Below are positions 23,280 to 35,101 of a DNA stretch of 64,000 nt, piece by piece. The DNA lies in contig CM097882.1 of NCBI GenBank assembly GCA_044892505.1, positions 384,090,001 to 384,154,000 on the forward strand, read 5' to 3'. Under the pieces are notes generated by a model. That model did no database searches. It worked only from the letters and a program-made list of their open reading frames with translations, and had not been told where the DNA came from. The first letter of the stretch is position 1. Each line of letters starts with the position of its first letter. The position numbers and the translations under genes are program-made. The DNA comes from Schmidtea nova. Its lineage: Eukaryota.

Positions 23280-24580
23280 AACACCTTGCCCTTGGCCAAG
23301 CCATTGTTCCCCAGTTGGGATGAAGTGATCATGGATGTTTGGGCGTATCACCTGAAATCGGAAAAATGGGCTGATCGATTACAAATTGAACCAGCTATCC
23401 GCTCAGGCTACCTCCACCCGCTCGGCACAAGGCCAGAACCGATTTCGGGGGTATGGAAGCAAAAAAAATTAATTATTTTTATCTTTATACAATAATTATT
23501 AGGTAACATAAATTGTTGTTCAATCTGGGAATTTATGACATTGTTGAAATGGTTAAATTAAAATAAAAAAAAATAACATTCATTTAATATTTTGTTCAAT
23601 AAATAAAACCGATGATAATAATATAAAAATAATGACAATAATATAAAATTAACAATAATCAAAATAAACTACTACCAGGTACGAGGTAATTGAAGAGGCA
23701 TGATGTTCAATGACCCCGCACCGAACAAGAAAAAAATGCTTACATTATACAAATTCTTCCGTCAAAATTCTTGTTCAAAATTATTTGATTGATTCGTACT
23801 GGGTGACGCGAGCTCAAATCTTCTTTGATATAGCAGAATAAAATTTTAAATAACGTGTTCCGTAAAAATTCTTCCGCAAAAATTCTGGTTTAAAACAAAA
23901 TTTCAAATTTCAAAATTTTACACAAATTCTGAATAAAATTCTGATTCTTGTCATTTTGATGTCGGTATATATACCATCGATTGTGTGTTACCTTCACTAA
24001 TGCAGTAAAACAAATTGTTCTAGAATGTTCTTTTTAATTTCTCTAAATTAATTCTAATAATTTTCCATAAAATTAAATCAATATTTTTACTTAATAATTT
24101 TTATAAACCATAAATAATTTATTTTTAATCCAAAATTTTTATTTTTCAATCAAAATTTATTCAATTTGATTTAATTTACTATATTTCGATCAGGATTAGT
24201 TCTTTTTATTTTTAAAGTGAAATTTTTGGATAAAATCACAATTTTCTTCTAAAATTTTGTTAATTTTTCTGCACTGAAGTTTTGTGACACAATTCTGTTC
24301 TTTATGGGCATTTTCAATGGGTTTTCCGCCTATTCTAACTTTCGAACGTTCTTCTTTTGACGACTTTTAATTTTTCTTGAGGTTACAGTGAAAGGACTTG
24401 CAAATTCACAGCTAGCGCGTTCTCTACTGGTTGATGTGCTTGAGCCCACTTCACCTTTTTGGTGTTTATCACTTAATCACTTTGGTTTTTAATGGGTGTT
24501 TGGGTTAAAATTGAATCTTGCGCGCTCTCTACTTATGGGGTTACTGTTTCATTAAAACAATTTGCAGTTTTTGCCCAACA
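23280..24580 (-). mobile_element. Family Z copy 2 (possible 3' LTR)
   Basis: Minus strand starts TGTTGGGCAAAAACTGC at 24580, with a TATA block at ~23985 and segment W at 23285-23440. It is preceded by a GGA-loop hairpin like the one before the PPT of the 15-kb element. Confidence 0.6.
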
Positions 24581-24896
24581 TAAAACACTTGGGGCCCGCA
24601 AAAATTGCGTCCCGCAATTTCTCAGAGGGGTTAAGAACCAAGACTAATCAAAGGTCAAAAGGTTGTACATTATACACGAACTACTTGGTTGTGAGCATGC
24701 CGTTCGCGACAATAAAAATAAAAAGTTCATGAAAATTAATAAAAAGTTAATACATATACATTAATATGAGTCTACATCGACTCGCAAGCAAAATAAAATA
24801 TAATGTAACATATGTGCTTACAGCGGCTAATCAAAGTTCGATATGAGTCTACAACGACTAGGATCAAAGTCTTATCAAGTTTATTAAGTTTATTTA

Positions 24897-25734
24897 TCAA
24901 ATTTCTGACTGGACTGGTTGAATCTTTGACTGGGATGGTTTGATTGACTCGGTATTGATCAACTGTTTTTTGTCATCTTCTCTTCTGGATTGTTCGGAGA
25001 TCATGTTATTCATCATTTTTGTGACGGTCAAGCATAACCCTATTATACCACAAATTCCGATTATTAGGAAAAAGTTGAGGATTATCAGGCAGATGTCGAG
25101 AATGTGTTCGGATGATAGGAAGGATATTCCGTACTTGTCTCTGTCTTGATTGTTATCTCGTTTCGATATCTCGTTTCGATATCTCGTTTACATGATCGTG
25201 GATTCTATTCATGAGTGCCAGGTTTTCATAATAAGCCTTTCTCAGTTGTTGTGCTGTTTGGTTTTCTACTTCGGAAATCTGCTGGGACAGGTTATGATGG
25301 ATTTGCTGAATTTGTTTTAGGCATTTCGGACTTGCTGAATTTATTGATGTTCATAAAGGGTTTTTCGTTAGCTGATTGATTAACTTGTCTATTTACATTT
25401 TAAGTTCTTTAGTGAGGCTCTTTATTGCGTCACGGGTTTCTCGATCGTTATCAAAAATATCCTTGTAGATATCTTTGATCGCTAAGTCTGCTAATATTAT
25501 CCTTACAACTCTCTTTAGACCTGAAATTTCATCATTTTGGTTGAAGAGGGTATTTTGAATTTCAATTTTGGCTTGCTCAATCTTTTCGGATAGTTGTTCA
25601 TTGTAATGGATTTCAATTGTTTCTTTATTGCATTGTTGACTTGGGTTTAATTGACTTGATTTCTGGGATTCTTCGAGATGACAATAAATTGTTGTGATCA
25701 TGGCGATTAAGACAACTTTTCGGTACGATTTCAT
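24897..25734 (-). pseudogene. ORF D: signal peptide + coiled coil + TM (type I membrane protein, ~270 aa when restored)
   Basis: Starts MKSYRKVVLIAMITTIYC; two in-frame stops and a 13-bp tandem duplication (~25155-25190) disrupt it; TM is ILDICLIILNFFLIIGICGIIGLCLTV. Confidence 0.65.
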
Positions 25735-25938
25735 TGTTGATTGCTACGTTTCTAATAGGAAGAAATTGAATAATGACGATAAACAATAAGTTTTGCTATT
25801 TACAAGGGCGTTACGATTTTTAAACAGGGTTATGATTTAATGCTGATGAAATATTGTTCAAGATGAGAATACAAATAGATAAATAGATTAAATGAATGAA
25901 AGAAATACATGAATTGTCAAATGAGGAATAGGATTATA

Positions 25939-26751
25939 TTATTGTTTGTAAAAGTAATTCATCTGTACCGAGGTTGTAGATGTCTCAGGATTAGGCTGTT
26001 CTGGAACTGGATCTTCAAATATTGATCTTAGAAAATTTTCTGACGGGTTGTTGTCTTCAAGGGTGATTTGTTTGATTGTATTCAACTGGATTTTTGCTTT
26101 CTCTAATTTCATTTTCTCTAATCCGATTGATGCAACAATGCTGAGGATCATTATGACTGCGAAAAGACTGATGCCTTGTAGAACGACTGTGATGGCTGCT
26201 TCTCGGTCTCTGACGTCTTCGTTTGTTGATCCTTGTTTAGGGATAATCTCTTTTTGCTTTTCGGATAATATCAATTGTTTTATAATTCTCTCGGTTTGAT
26301 GAAGTGGAATTTTCAGTTTTTAATTTAACTCCTCTGTAAAACTTGATCTTTCCTTGTTAACGTCATTTTTATCATTTAGAGATTTTTCTATTAGTTTGCT
26401 CAATTTTTTTAGTTCGGTTGTCAACTGTTTGAAGGATGATTGGTTTTCAAGTTGTCTCTTTAATTGCACATTATTTTTCTTGGTTAGGGAAATTTGTAGT
26501 TGGATAAGTTGTTGGGTTTCGTTTTTCAGTTGTTTAAGAATAGTAATTGAATTGATTGAATCTTCTCTGGATTTGGGACATTGTTGACACTCTTCATTTC
26601 TGGTGATACAAATTTCTTGATAGCTTACACAGATGCTATCGGACCTTCTAAATGGGTGGCTTGCTTGACATTAACTCAATGCTTCTTCGCTTAGGCAGTT
26701 TGGAATTATAAATATCATGATGGTTGCTACGATCCTCATTAGATTGCTCAT
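25939..26751 (-). pseudogene. ORF C: signal peptide + Cys cluster + coiled coil + TM
   Basis: CTATAG|AAAATG, then MSNLMRIVATIMIFIIPNCLS...*CQASH...ICVSYQEICITRNEECQQCP; a frameshift near 26290 leads into the TM AITVVLQGISLFAVIMILSIVASIGL. Confidence 0.6.
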
Positions 26752-26911
26752 TTTCTATAGATTTACAGATTCAAATTTGTTTAATGATTTTTCAAATTTT
26801 CTCTTTTATATTTACAGGGATATTTACACGAGTTTAGATGTATTTTATTCTTTCGTCTCTTCATTTAGCTTTAACGGGTTTTCTGGCTTCCAGTTACCCA
26901 TTTTTGCAATC

Positions 26912-27439
26912 TCATCTGCTTCTTTTCGCCTTTGCTCTTTGAGGACGTAATTTTCTGCCGTTTTGATTTTCAGCTTTCTTTGCTTTGAATTTGTCAAATT
27001 TTGCTTCTATGATTTCACTTTTCAACTTTATTATCTGTTTCTCTCTTTTGATGATCTTTTTCTGTTTGCTCTTCAGGGATCGTTGTAGCGATTCGATCTT
27101 AATTCTCCTTTTGTTACCAGTGTTCTGCTCACTGCTTATTTCCCGTTTGAGTCTGTCAATCTCTTGCTTCTGTCTGTCACAATATTTTTGAGTAAGACCA
27201 TTTTGTTGGCGAAATAGATAATTTTCTCGCTTGATTATTTCCATCGTCTCGCACTCTTGTTCCATTTGTGCGATATATTTTCTATCCTTGCTCATTACTT
27301 CATTCAATTGATCTATTTGGTCTTGATAATATTGCTCTGTTTCTCTCTTACATTTTTGAATCTTTCTTTTGATATCGTTTGTTGTTCTGGTTCTGATCTT
27401 TGCTTCAATAGTCTCATATTCTATAATTTGAATTTTCAT
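26912..27439 (-). CDS. ORF B: 175-aa coiled-coil protein with basic C-terminus
   Basis: Intact ORF preceded by CTAAT...CTGTAG|AAAAAGTTATG; heptad-rich; ends GRKLRPQRAKAKRSR. Confidence 0.6.
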   Translation of the reverse strand: MKIQIIEYETIEAKIRTRTTNDIKRKIQKCKRETEQYYQDQIDQLNEVMSKDRKYIAQMEQECETMEIIKRENYLFRQQNGLTQKYCDRQKQEIDRLKREISSEQNTGNKRRIKIESLQRSLKSKQKKIIKREKQIIKLKSEIIEAKFDKFKAKKAENQNGRKLRPQRAKAKRSR

Positions 27440-27669
27440 AACTTTTTCTACAGTTTTATTAGTTTTGTTTTTGTTTTTATCATTTTTATCATTTTTATCA
27501 TTTTCTAATTTTTATTTGTTTTTCATTTTTTCTATTTTTTATTGAATTTTTCATTTTTTCTGCTTTTTATTTAAATTTTTGGATATATTTTATAACTTTT
27601 CTTTCTACGTTTTCTTTTTACATTTTACATTTCGATTTCTTTTTACACTTTACATTTCACGTTTATTAT

Positions 27670-28245
27670 TCATACAAACGTCTCTTCACTTTCTCCGAAC
27701 CCTTCATCTTCGATTCGAGGATTTTCTTGCTCCAATTGTACAGGTTGTATCGGCGTCGGATATAGTGGCCATAGAATGATTGGAGGTTGATTTTGTAGGC
27801 TCTGAACTCTTTCTCGCAAAGTTCTTGAGATTTCTATCTCTTTATCTAGCAAATATGCCATATAATCGAGTTCTTCACTCAGCTGTTCCTTTACCATTTC
27901 AAGCTCTCTTGTTTTTTCCATATTCTTTAACTGCTCAATTTCTTTTTCATAGTTTTGACGGTTTTCTTCCAAGCTTTGGATCGTCATCTCAATTTCATAT
28001 TGCGATTGCTGGATCGCTTTCTCACATTCGACCTTTGTTTCTTCTATCTGCCGTCGCTGATGTTGAATGACAATATCTTTGTGCGTATTTGTACCTCGAT
28101 AACCGGTGACTTCACTATTTGCAATAGTTAATTCCATTGTCAATTCCTCGATATTTCTATCATCCATGTTTTTCTGCTGCTCATATTGTCTATTTTCAAA
28201 TTCCAGGTATTTAATACGAGCTTCTTGATTCCTGGTAAATTTCAT
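27670..28245 (-). CDS. ORF A: ~191-aa coiled-coil protein with Pro-rich/acidic tail
   Basis: Open frame (243 codons in the ORF track; first plausible ATG at 28245) directly downstream of the family-Z TATA at ~28345. Confidence 0.6.
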   Translation of the reverse strand: MKFTRNQEARIKYLEFENRQYEQQKNMDDRNIEELTMELTIANSEVTGYRGTNTHKDIVIQHQRRQIEETKVECEKAIQQSQYEIEMTIQSLEENRQNYEKEIEQLKNMEKTRELEMVKEQLSEELDYMAYLLDKEIEISRTLRERVQSLQNQPPIILWPLYPTPIQPVQLEQENPRIEDEGFGESEETFV

Positions 28246-28329
28246 TCTCCTTTGATTCCATTCGGTTTCTAGTAATAATTTAAACAAAAATCTTTTCGCA
28301 AGTTCTCTTGCAAATTCTGAATGACTTCC

Positions 28330-28869
28330 ATTTTTATGGTGGTATATATAGAACTTTTTGTGGGTTGTGTTCATTGATGTAGGTAAAACTAATTGTTCCA
28401 AAAGGAATTTTCGACTTTTCCAAAATTAATTTTAACAATTTTACGCAAAATTGAATTATTATTTTTGCATAAAATTTTAATAAAACTTCAAATAATTTAT
28501 TTTCAATCCAAAATTTTACTTTTGAATTAAAGTTTTTCTAATTTAGTTTGATTGGTTACATTTTTAACTAAAACAATTTTCTTTTATATTTCAAAAATAT
28601 TTAGGATAAAATCGAAATCTTCCTTCTGAAAATATGTTAATCTTTCATAATTGATGTTTTTATGTTATATATGTGTTTTTCACGTGTATACTTAATGCAC
28701 TTTTGTTCATTTTAACCTTTAAACGTGTTTTATTTAATTGTTTCGGTGTTTTGTGATTATTGTGTTTTACTTGATGCTTTGCCTCAATGAGTTTTAAATT
28801 AACTTCTTGCGCGTTCTCTAAGTGCTGTGCTACCACTTCATTCAAACAACTCTTAGTTTTAGCCCAACA
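28330..28869 (-). mobile_element. Family Z copy 3 (terminus + promoter) heading the ORF A-D cassette
   Basis: TGTTGGGCTAAAACT at 28869 and TATATATACCACCATAAAAATG. Segment 28570-28760 is also homologous to 18000-18200. Confidence 0.6.
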
Positions 28870-28942
28870 CTAGTACATTAAAGTGTTGGGCAAAAACTCA
28901 GAGTTGTTTGAATGAAGCGGTCACACTGCACGTAGAAAGCGC
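28810..28942. repeat. Head-to-head inverted pair of family-Z termini with a 14-nt spacer
   Basis: CTTCATTCAAACAACTCTTAGTTTTAGCCCAACACT and AGTGTTGGGCAAAAACTCAGAGTTGTTTGAATGAAG pair at 34/36 positions and extend further imperfectly. Confidence 0.9.
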
Positions 28943-31489
28943 GGGAATTTAAATTGAACTATTAGAAAGTGGAGATTATATTTTCAAAATTTTATTATTA
29001 TATAAATTCTTCAAAAAGTTCTATTTAGATTTATCCAAGTTTACGCATAAATATTATAAATCAAAAAAATATTTATTGTTATACGAATTTTATAAAAATT
29101 CCAAATTTAATTTATCTCAATTTATCTAGGAAAATTTATAAATATTAAAATCGGATTATTATTTTAAAAAATTATTTTACATATATCTTATTTCATAAAA
29201 AACTCCACCTAGATGCCAAAAATAATTCATAAAATAATATTTGCAAATTAATACACCCATATCACTCATTAACACCACCCATATCGAATACCACACACAA
29301 AACTGCATTTATCTACAAATACACACAAACTTTCTCATTTCATTCATTAACACCCATTAGCGTGCTACATCCAGGAAATCCACACAAGAACTCATACATT
29401 CACATCTATCATTTAACTACCTATTTCATCCAAAAACATCATCTACATTCAAATTTACCAAATCGAGAATTAACCATTTCATTTATAAAATAACATCCTA
29501 CAGCAATGATAAATTATTTGCAGATCACAACATCCTATATACAATGACCTACAGCAATCAACATCCAACATCGGCAACTAACTCGTAAATTCATAATCAC
29601 CTGCAATATCACTTAGTTTCCTGCAGCTTATAATATCCCATAATATAAATCATTGTTTTGCAATTAATAACACCTTATTATCCTGAGCATTTCAATTCCG
29701 ACTTGCATTACCTGTTGCAAAAATTAGTTTCATTTTTCAATTTACAACCCCTTATAGTATTATTTAATCTTGTTTTTATTCATTAACACCCTAAACGGTA
29801 ATAGTTTACGGTTCCTAATACCCATTAATATCAATTTATCTTAATTGCAATTATTGCCCCATTATACAAAAAAATGAACGATTGAATTACAAGATTCTAT
29901 TGTAAAAATTGGTGAATAGGATTGCACCCCCATCCACAATCCAATCTCTTTCAGAACCTGACTTAGCATTTAAAAATAATTTGAAACATTTAAAAAACCT
30001 AAATCTATTCTAATATGTTATTAAAATCCAATAAGAGTTAATCCCCAAACTATTCGTGTACATTTAACAAACTCCGGCTAAAGGAAGCTTGAAAACTATA
30101 TCCATGGCCAAAAACCTCTAAACCGGTATGACATTTGGGCTAGGGCCATTAATCCATACTATACTATGATAGAACCTGTTCAGACTATCACCAACCCCGG
30201 AAAAATCAAGCATTCGGATGATAGAACAAATAATTAGAAAAAATGAAAATAAACAACATCCAATTCTATTAACATCACAATCAAGTATAAAAATTCGAGC
30301 AACGATAGACGAATACAAGCTTGTATAATCCGAAGAAAATAAATAATTTAAGTATTTTGAATATCTTCGATTTTATAAGTTTGATAATCCAAAAACGCTT
30401 GCTCGTAAAATATTGCAGCAACTTGACTGGCAAAATTTCATTGTTTTTCAATATTAAGCAATACAATGTTAAATATACCAATTCGAGCTACGATATAGTT
30501 CCAACTGTATAAGTTCACTTGAGCTGATGTGGGTTGATTCCACCAAAAATCGCATGAAATAAAATTAGATGGAGAAGTCTTCTATACTGACGAAATAAGA
30601 GAATGAGAGGGAATGAGAGTGAAGAGTCGAAAGGCGATTTGAGTGAAATGAATTTCCAAGGATTTAGATTGGATTCAATCTTATTGTGATTGTATGGATT
30701 GAGAATTTGATAATATTTAAAAGGGAATCTATAACAAGGTTGAAATAGTAATTGCAACTTACCGATCGATTTTGATTTTTCAGATTTCTGAATTTCATTG
30801 TTCATCTAAAAATAAATAATTTCAATCATACCCATAATCAACCAATCGGATTTGAGAATTGAAGTTCTTCTAGTGAAGACCTAAAAATACTATATACTAT
30901 ATAGTATTTTAAATGATACCCATTTCATTAAATTTAAAAAGGGGCTTACAAAAATGCAAACGATAATATATTATTAAATATTAATAAATTTTACGCTATT
31001 AATAGTACTAAAGTATTGTCTAAAGATTATAAAAGAAAATCTGCAATATTATAGCCGTTGCTAAGTACTCGGCGGCAATTTAAAATTTTAAAAATAAAAT
31101 TTTTAGTATAAGTTTTAACATAATTATATAGGATAGGGGGCATAATGAAATTAGCATTAAAAGTAAATTAAATTAAAATTTTAAAATTAAAATCAAATTA
31201 ATCAAAAATCGATAGGAAATAGCCGATGACATCAAATTCACTAACAATTTAACAACACTACGTTTTACAAAGAAAACTTGAATAATTTTATTGATATTGT
31301 TTTGTTTGCTATTGTGCTTTGTGTATTTCAGATTGATTCTCGTATGAACTAGGTTTTGTTAGTATCTTGATGTTGGAATTATCCGTTTTGACGTAGAAAT
31401 AAATTCTTATCAGTACGTACCAATTAAAGTACCAAGTAAAGTACCAATTAAAATGGTATTGAATATTTTTAAATTAATCGTTGAATTTG

Positions 31490-31735
31490 GGACTCAAATG
31501 GGCATTAGACCTTCTATTGGTAGCCCTTGAAACCAGGAGATGTTCGGTCAATCATAGCTTCGACATTTTTGACGCTCACTGTTTGCGGATATCCATCCAT
31601 TTGTTGCATAACCAACGTTACTTTTAGACGGGCAACAAGATGGTTAAACTGATGTTTTGTATATTGAGTTGTTGATAGGAGCCATAACAACGTCAAGGTC
31701 ATATTGAAAGACAAGAACCCACCAAAACTAAATTA
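31490..31735 (-). repeat. Repeat X, copy 3
   Basis: Reverse complement of 21665-21925. Confidence 0.85.
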
Positions 31736-31744
31736 GAAAAAATT

Positions 31745-32310
31745 TTGAACTAAAAGAAAAATTCTAGACTAAAAATAAATTATTTAAAGTTTTAGTAAAG
31801 TTCTATGCAAAAATAATAATTTGATTTTGCTTAAAATTATTAAAATTAATTTTGTAAAAATCTAAAATTCCTTCTAGAACAATCTGTTTTACTGCATCAC
31901 TCAAAACAACACTCAAAACATCCTATATAAACCACCATCAAAATCAAAATCGCCAGAATTTCGTACAACTAACTGGCAAAGATTCCACTTCAGCGAAACC
32001 CTACCAAAAAATCTTATTAATAAAGAGAATTTACGGAACAAAACTTCCACGAAACATCTTTCCATCGACACTGAGAACTATTTCTAGTTGTTTTTCATTT
32101 ACAAAGTCCACAGATTCAAAATCAACCAACCCTTTTGCTTGATACCATCAGGCGGATCTCAACACAAAGTCTCGCTCTATTCTAAAAAACCGTCGATAGA
32201 AAGGAGGAAGCCAACCAAATATTATAAATGTAAGGTTGAACTTATTTTCTCGTGCCTGAGGCCATCGAGATCATGCCCTCGATCGTTTGCCGCCAAGTAT
32301 CTTATTTTTA
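31745..32310 (+). mobile_element. Family Z promoter/leader fragment
   Basis: CCTATATAAACCACCATCAAAAT (~31923) and GAGATCATGCCCTCG plus donor-like GTATCT, collinear with 20660-21100. Confidence 0.55.
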
Positions 32311-32580
32311 TTAGTTTGATTTTGAGGTGTATTATTTGTATGATATTTATTAAATTCTATAAAGATTCTGTCTGATATTTGAAATGATTAATATAATTTT
32401 ATCAATTATCGCTTAAAATTTTCTTTATTTTCAATTTTAATTTTGTTTATACTTAAGTAGGTAGATATGTAGAGCCAGAAACAAAGATACGATAATTCAT
32501 TTTTAAATTTTTAAACAAAGACATACTCCTTGGGGTATTTTTTGCGTAGGCGAGGGGGGTCAAATTTGTTCAAATCTTTT

Positions 32581-32815
32581 ATGACGCATCGAGGATTCAT
32601 CGTATGACTCATCATATGACTCATCAATGACTCATCAAAAAAATTAATTTTAATTATTTTTAAAAAATTTGATTTTCTGACTCATCAATGATTCACCTAT
32701 GACTTATCAAATGTTTTTTAAATTTTAAATATTTTTAAAAATTTTTAAATGATGACTCATCGATGACTAATAATTTTCATGACTCATCGTTACGACTCAT
32801 CGATGACTCATTTCA
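32581..32815 (+). repeat. Cluster of TGACTCAT(C) motifs (about 7 perfect TGACTCA)
   Basis: Direct reading; probably subterminal repeats of an unclassified non-autonomous transposon. Confidence 0.75.
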
Positions 32816-32910
32816 CATTTAAATAAAATAAAACTTTTTAAAAACTTAAAGTACCAAGGTGAAATTTGGTATCATTCGGAAAGGCCTTCGCAAGCTGCAC
32901 ACGATGCTAT

Positions 32911-33751
32911 TGTTGGGTTCTTGGGTTGTTGGTGAAATGGTAAAAGTTACCAATCAAATATCTGACTCCAAAACGTGCCTTTAATTGACCCCAATAACAC
33001 TTTCAATAACACAAACTTTATTGATTATTACACTGATTTACATGATTCAAGTATCACAATCAATTCAATAAATCTTTTGACAATTATACGAGCTTATTAC
33101 GACACTTCGTGAAGAATAGCTCACCTGTATAATGTCTTGGCTCGAACAATCACTCACCACTGATGGATACAACAATTGGTAATTTGGCTGGTTGTTTTCT
33201 TTATTTGACTAAGATTTACGCTGAATTTCACTCGATTATCAACTGGATCAGCTTCTGTGGTCTATCTCTTCGTTTCTCTTTAAGTTCCTTTTACATTTGC
33301 TTCGGGTTTCTGTATAATTCTCTTCACTTCTAATTTAATAAATTCTTCTCCCGCTTTGTCTCTCACAACTTCTAATTCAAATATTCTGTTTCACAACTTT
33401 GGTTCCCAATGCTCCGCTCTCTAAACTTCTCTCTAAAATTCTGTCTAAACTTCTTTCTATAATTCTGCTCTCCAATATTCTTACTGCTTTTGACGTGTCT
33501 CTCCTTTTATATCTCGCCAAATTTTATGGCACTTGAGATAATTCTGCCTTTTTCATTTTGATTCCCGGTCATCTCGTTTTTTCTCCCAATTCCCGTTTTA
33601 TTTAAGACAGCTGTGCAGATAATTTCGGATTTTCTTTTGTGCCGCTCCTGGCTGTTTTATTTCTTTTTCCGTTATCTTCGACAAGCTGTCGAGATAAGAT
33701 TATTGTTATTATTTTGTTTTTCCCTATTTTTGAATTCCTTTCTCTTTTACA
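32911..33751 (-). mobile_element. Probable solo LTR (~840 bp)
   Basis: Minus strand TGTAAAAG...CCCAACA with AATAAA ~100 nt before the end. Flanks CTAT/CTAA give only an imperfect TSD. Confidence 0.45.
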
Positions 33752-33799
33752 CTAATTAATTAGTGCTGACCTTTGTTTTTGTTTTCTTGTCTGATTTGT

Positions 33800-34626
33800 A
33801 ATAATACAGAAGATACTAACATAGCGACCACGCTTTTGATAAATTTTGTCGAACAAGTGAAAAATTTCGAAATGGGCCAAGATATCCATAAGTTCATAGC
33901 AGACATAGAAATTTTCTTCGAGATATTAAATATCCAAGACATATTAAGGAATAACTTTGTGAGAGCATTCTTATCCGGAAAAGCCATCAAATTATACGAT
34001 GAGATAACATCAGAAATGGGATATAAAGAAAAACTTTTTAAGGCGTTTTCAAAACCATCAACGTTAATTGAAGATCTGCAAGAAGCTCTGAATTAGACGA
34101 AAGAAGGAGTTAAAGTTAACGATTATTGGAGGAAACTGGAAATATTTCAAACATAAGATGGATAAAGATACGTTAATGAAGTTTCTATTGTTCCACACAT
34201 TGGATGATAAGGAGATGAAATACGATCTCAAAATCCAAGACATAAAGCCTATCGAAGAAATAAAAGCGAGAATGGAGAAATTAGAAAAGATTAAAGACGA
34301 GTTAAAGGATATAACTATAACAGATATAGTAACAACCAGAAAAGAAAACAATATAAAGATGAAAACGCTGGGCAACCGAGAACATACCAGTGCTGGGCAT
34401 GCAGAAAATGGGCCATAGAAGACATGAATGTCCAAATGTACAATGTACGCCCTGCCATAAACAAGGACATTTCAAACATCAATTTTTTGCGATGAATAAC
34501 TACAGATCCAGAGGACAGGTTGCCGGTATGGAAGAAGACTATGTGGATGACAACTATGAGGAACAGATACCGACCTCAAATGCCAAAGTTTTTGTGATGG
34601 AGGAGAGCACAAAAGCACAGGACTAA
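33800..34626 (+). pseudogene. Gag relic of older Gypsy element B
   Basis: FEMGQDIHKFIADIEIFF...FLSGKAIKLY capsid-like segment and degenerate zinc knuckles (GHRRHEC; CTPCHKQGHF); broken by stops and frameshifts. Confidence 0.7.
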
Positions 34627-35101
34627 AAGTATTTTATATTCTTGGCAGAAATTATTTGATTCTTGTGATTTTAATAGTAAATATTTAAATAATATTTTTT
34701 TTAATATAAATAATATTTGTGAATTAAATAGAAATACTGTGTTTCTCCGAAATCAAGCCCCGGGCTTAAATATATATATTTTTTTAAATTTGGCAAAAAT
34801 ACACTTAGGGCTTAATTTCGGGAGGTTTTCTATTTTTTGGAATAAAAATAAACTTTTAAAAATTATACAAATATTCAAAATAAAAATTTAATCAATTAAA
34901 ATGTTTTTATTCTAGTACAACCATATCATCTTCTTCTAAAACATTGTCTTGATCATTTAAAATTGAAAAATCATCAGGCTTTGTTTGTGATTCTAACTCC
35001 TTTAAAATCAACGAACCAAAACGTTCATGTTTAGCAATTGCTGAAGTCTCGAATGAAAAGGATCTGCCCAAATAACCGTCACGTAAAGAGTTGAAAACGC
35101 A

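Noticed and set aside
20275-24580. DIRS or Penelope element, suggested by the inverted repeats
   Set aside because: No tyrosine recombinase, RT or GIY-YIG coding sequence and no hammerhead core were found; the termini are LTR-like TGTTGGG.
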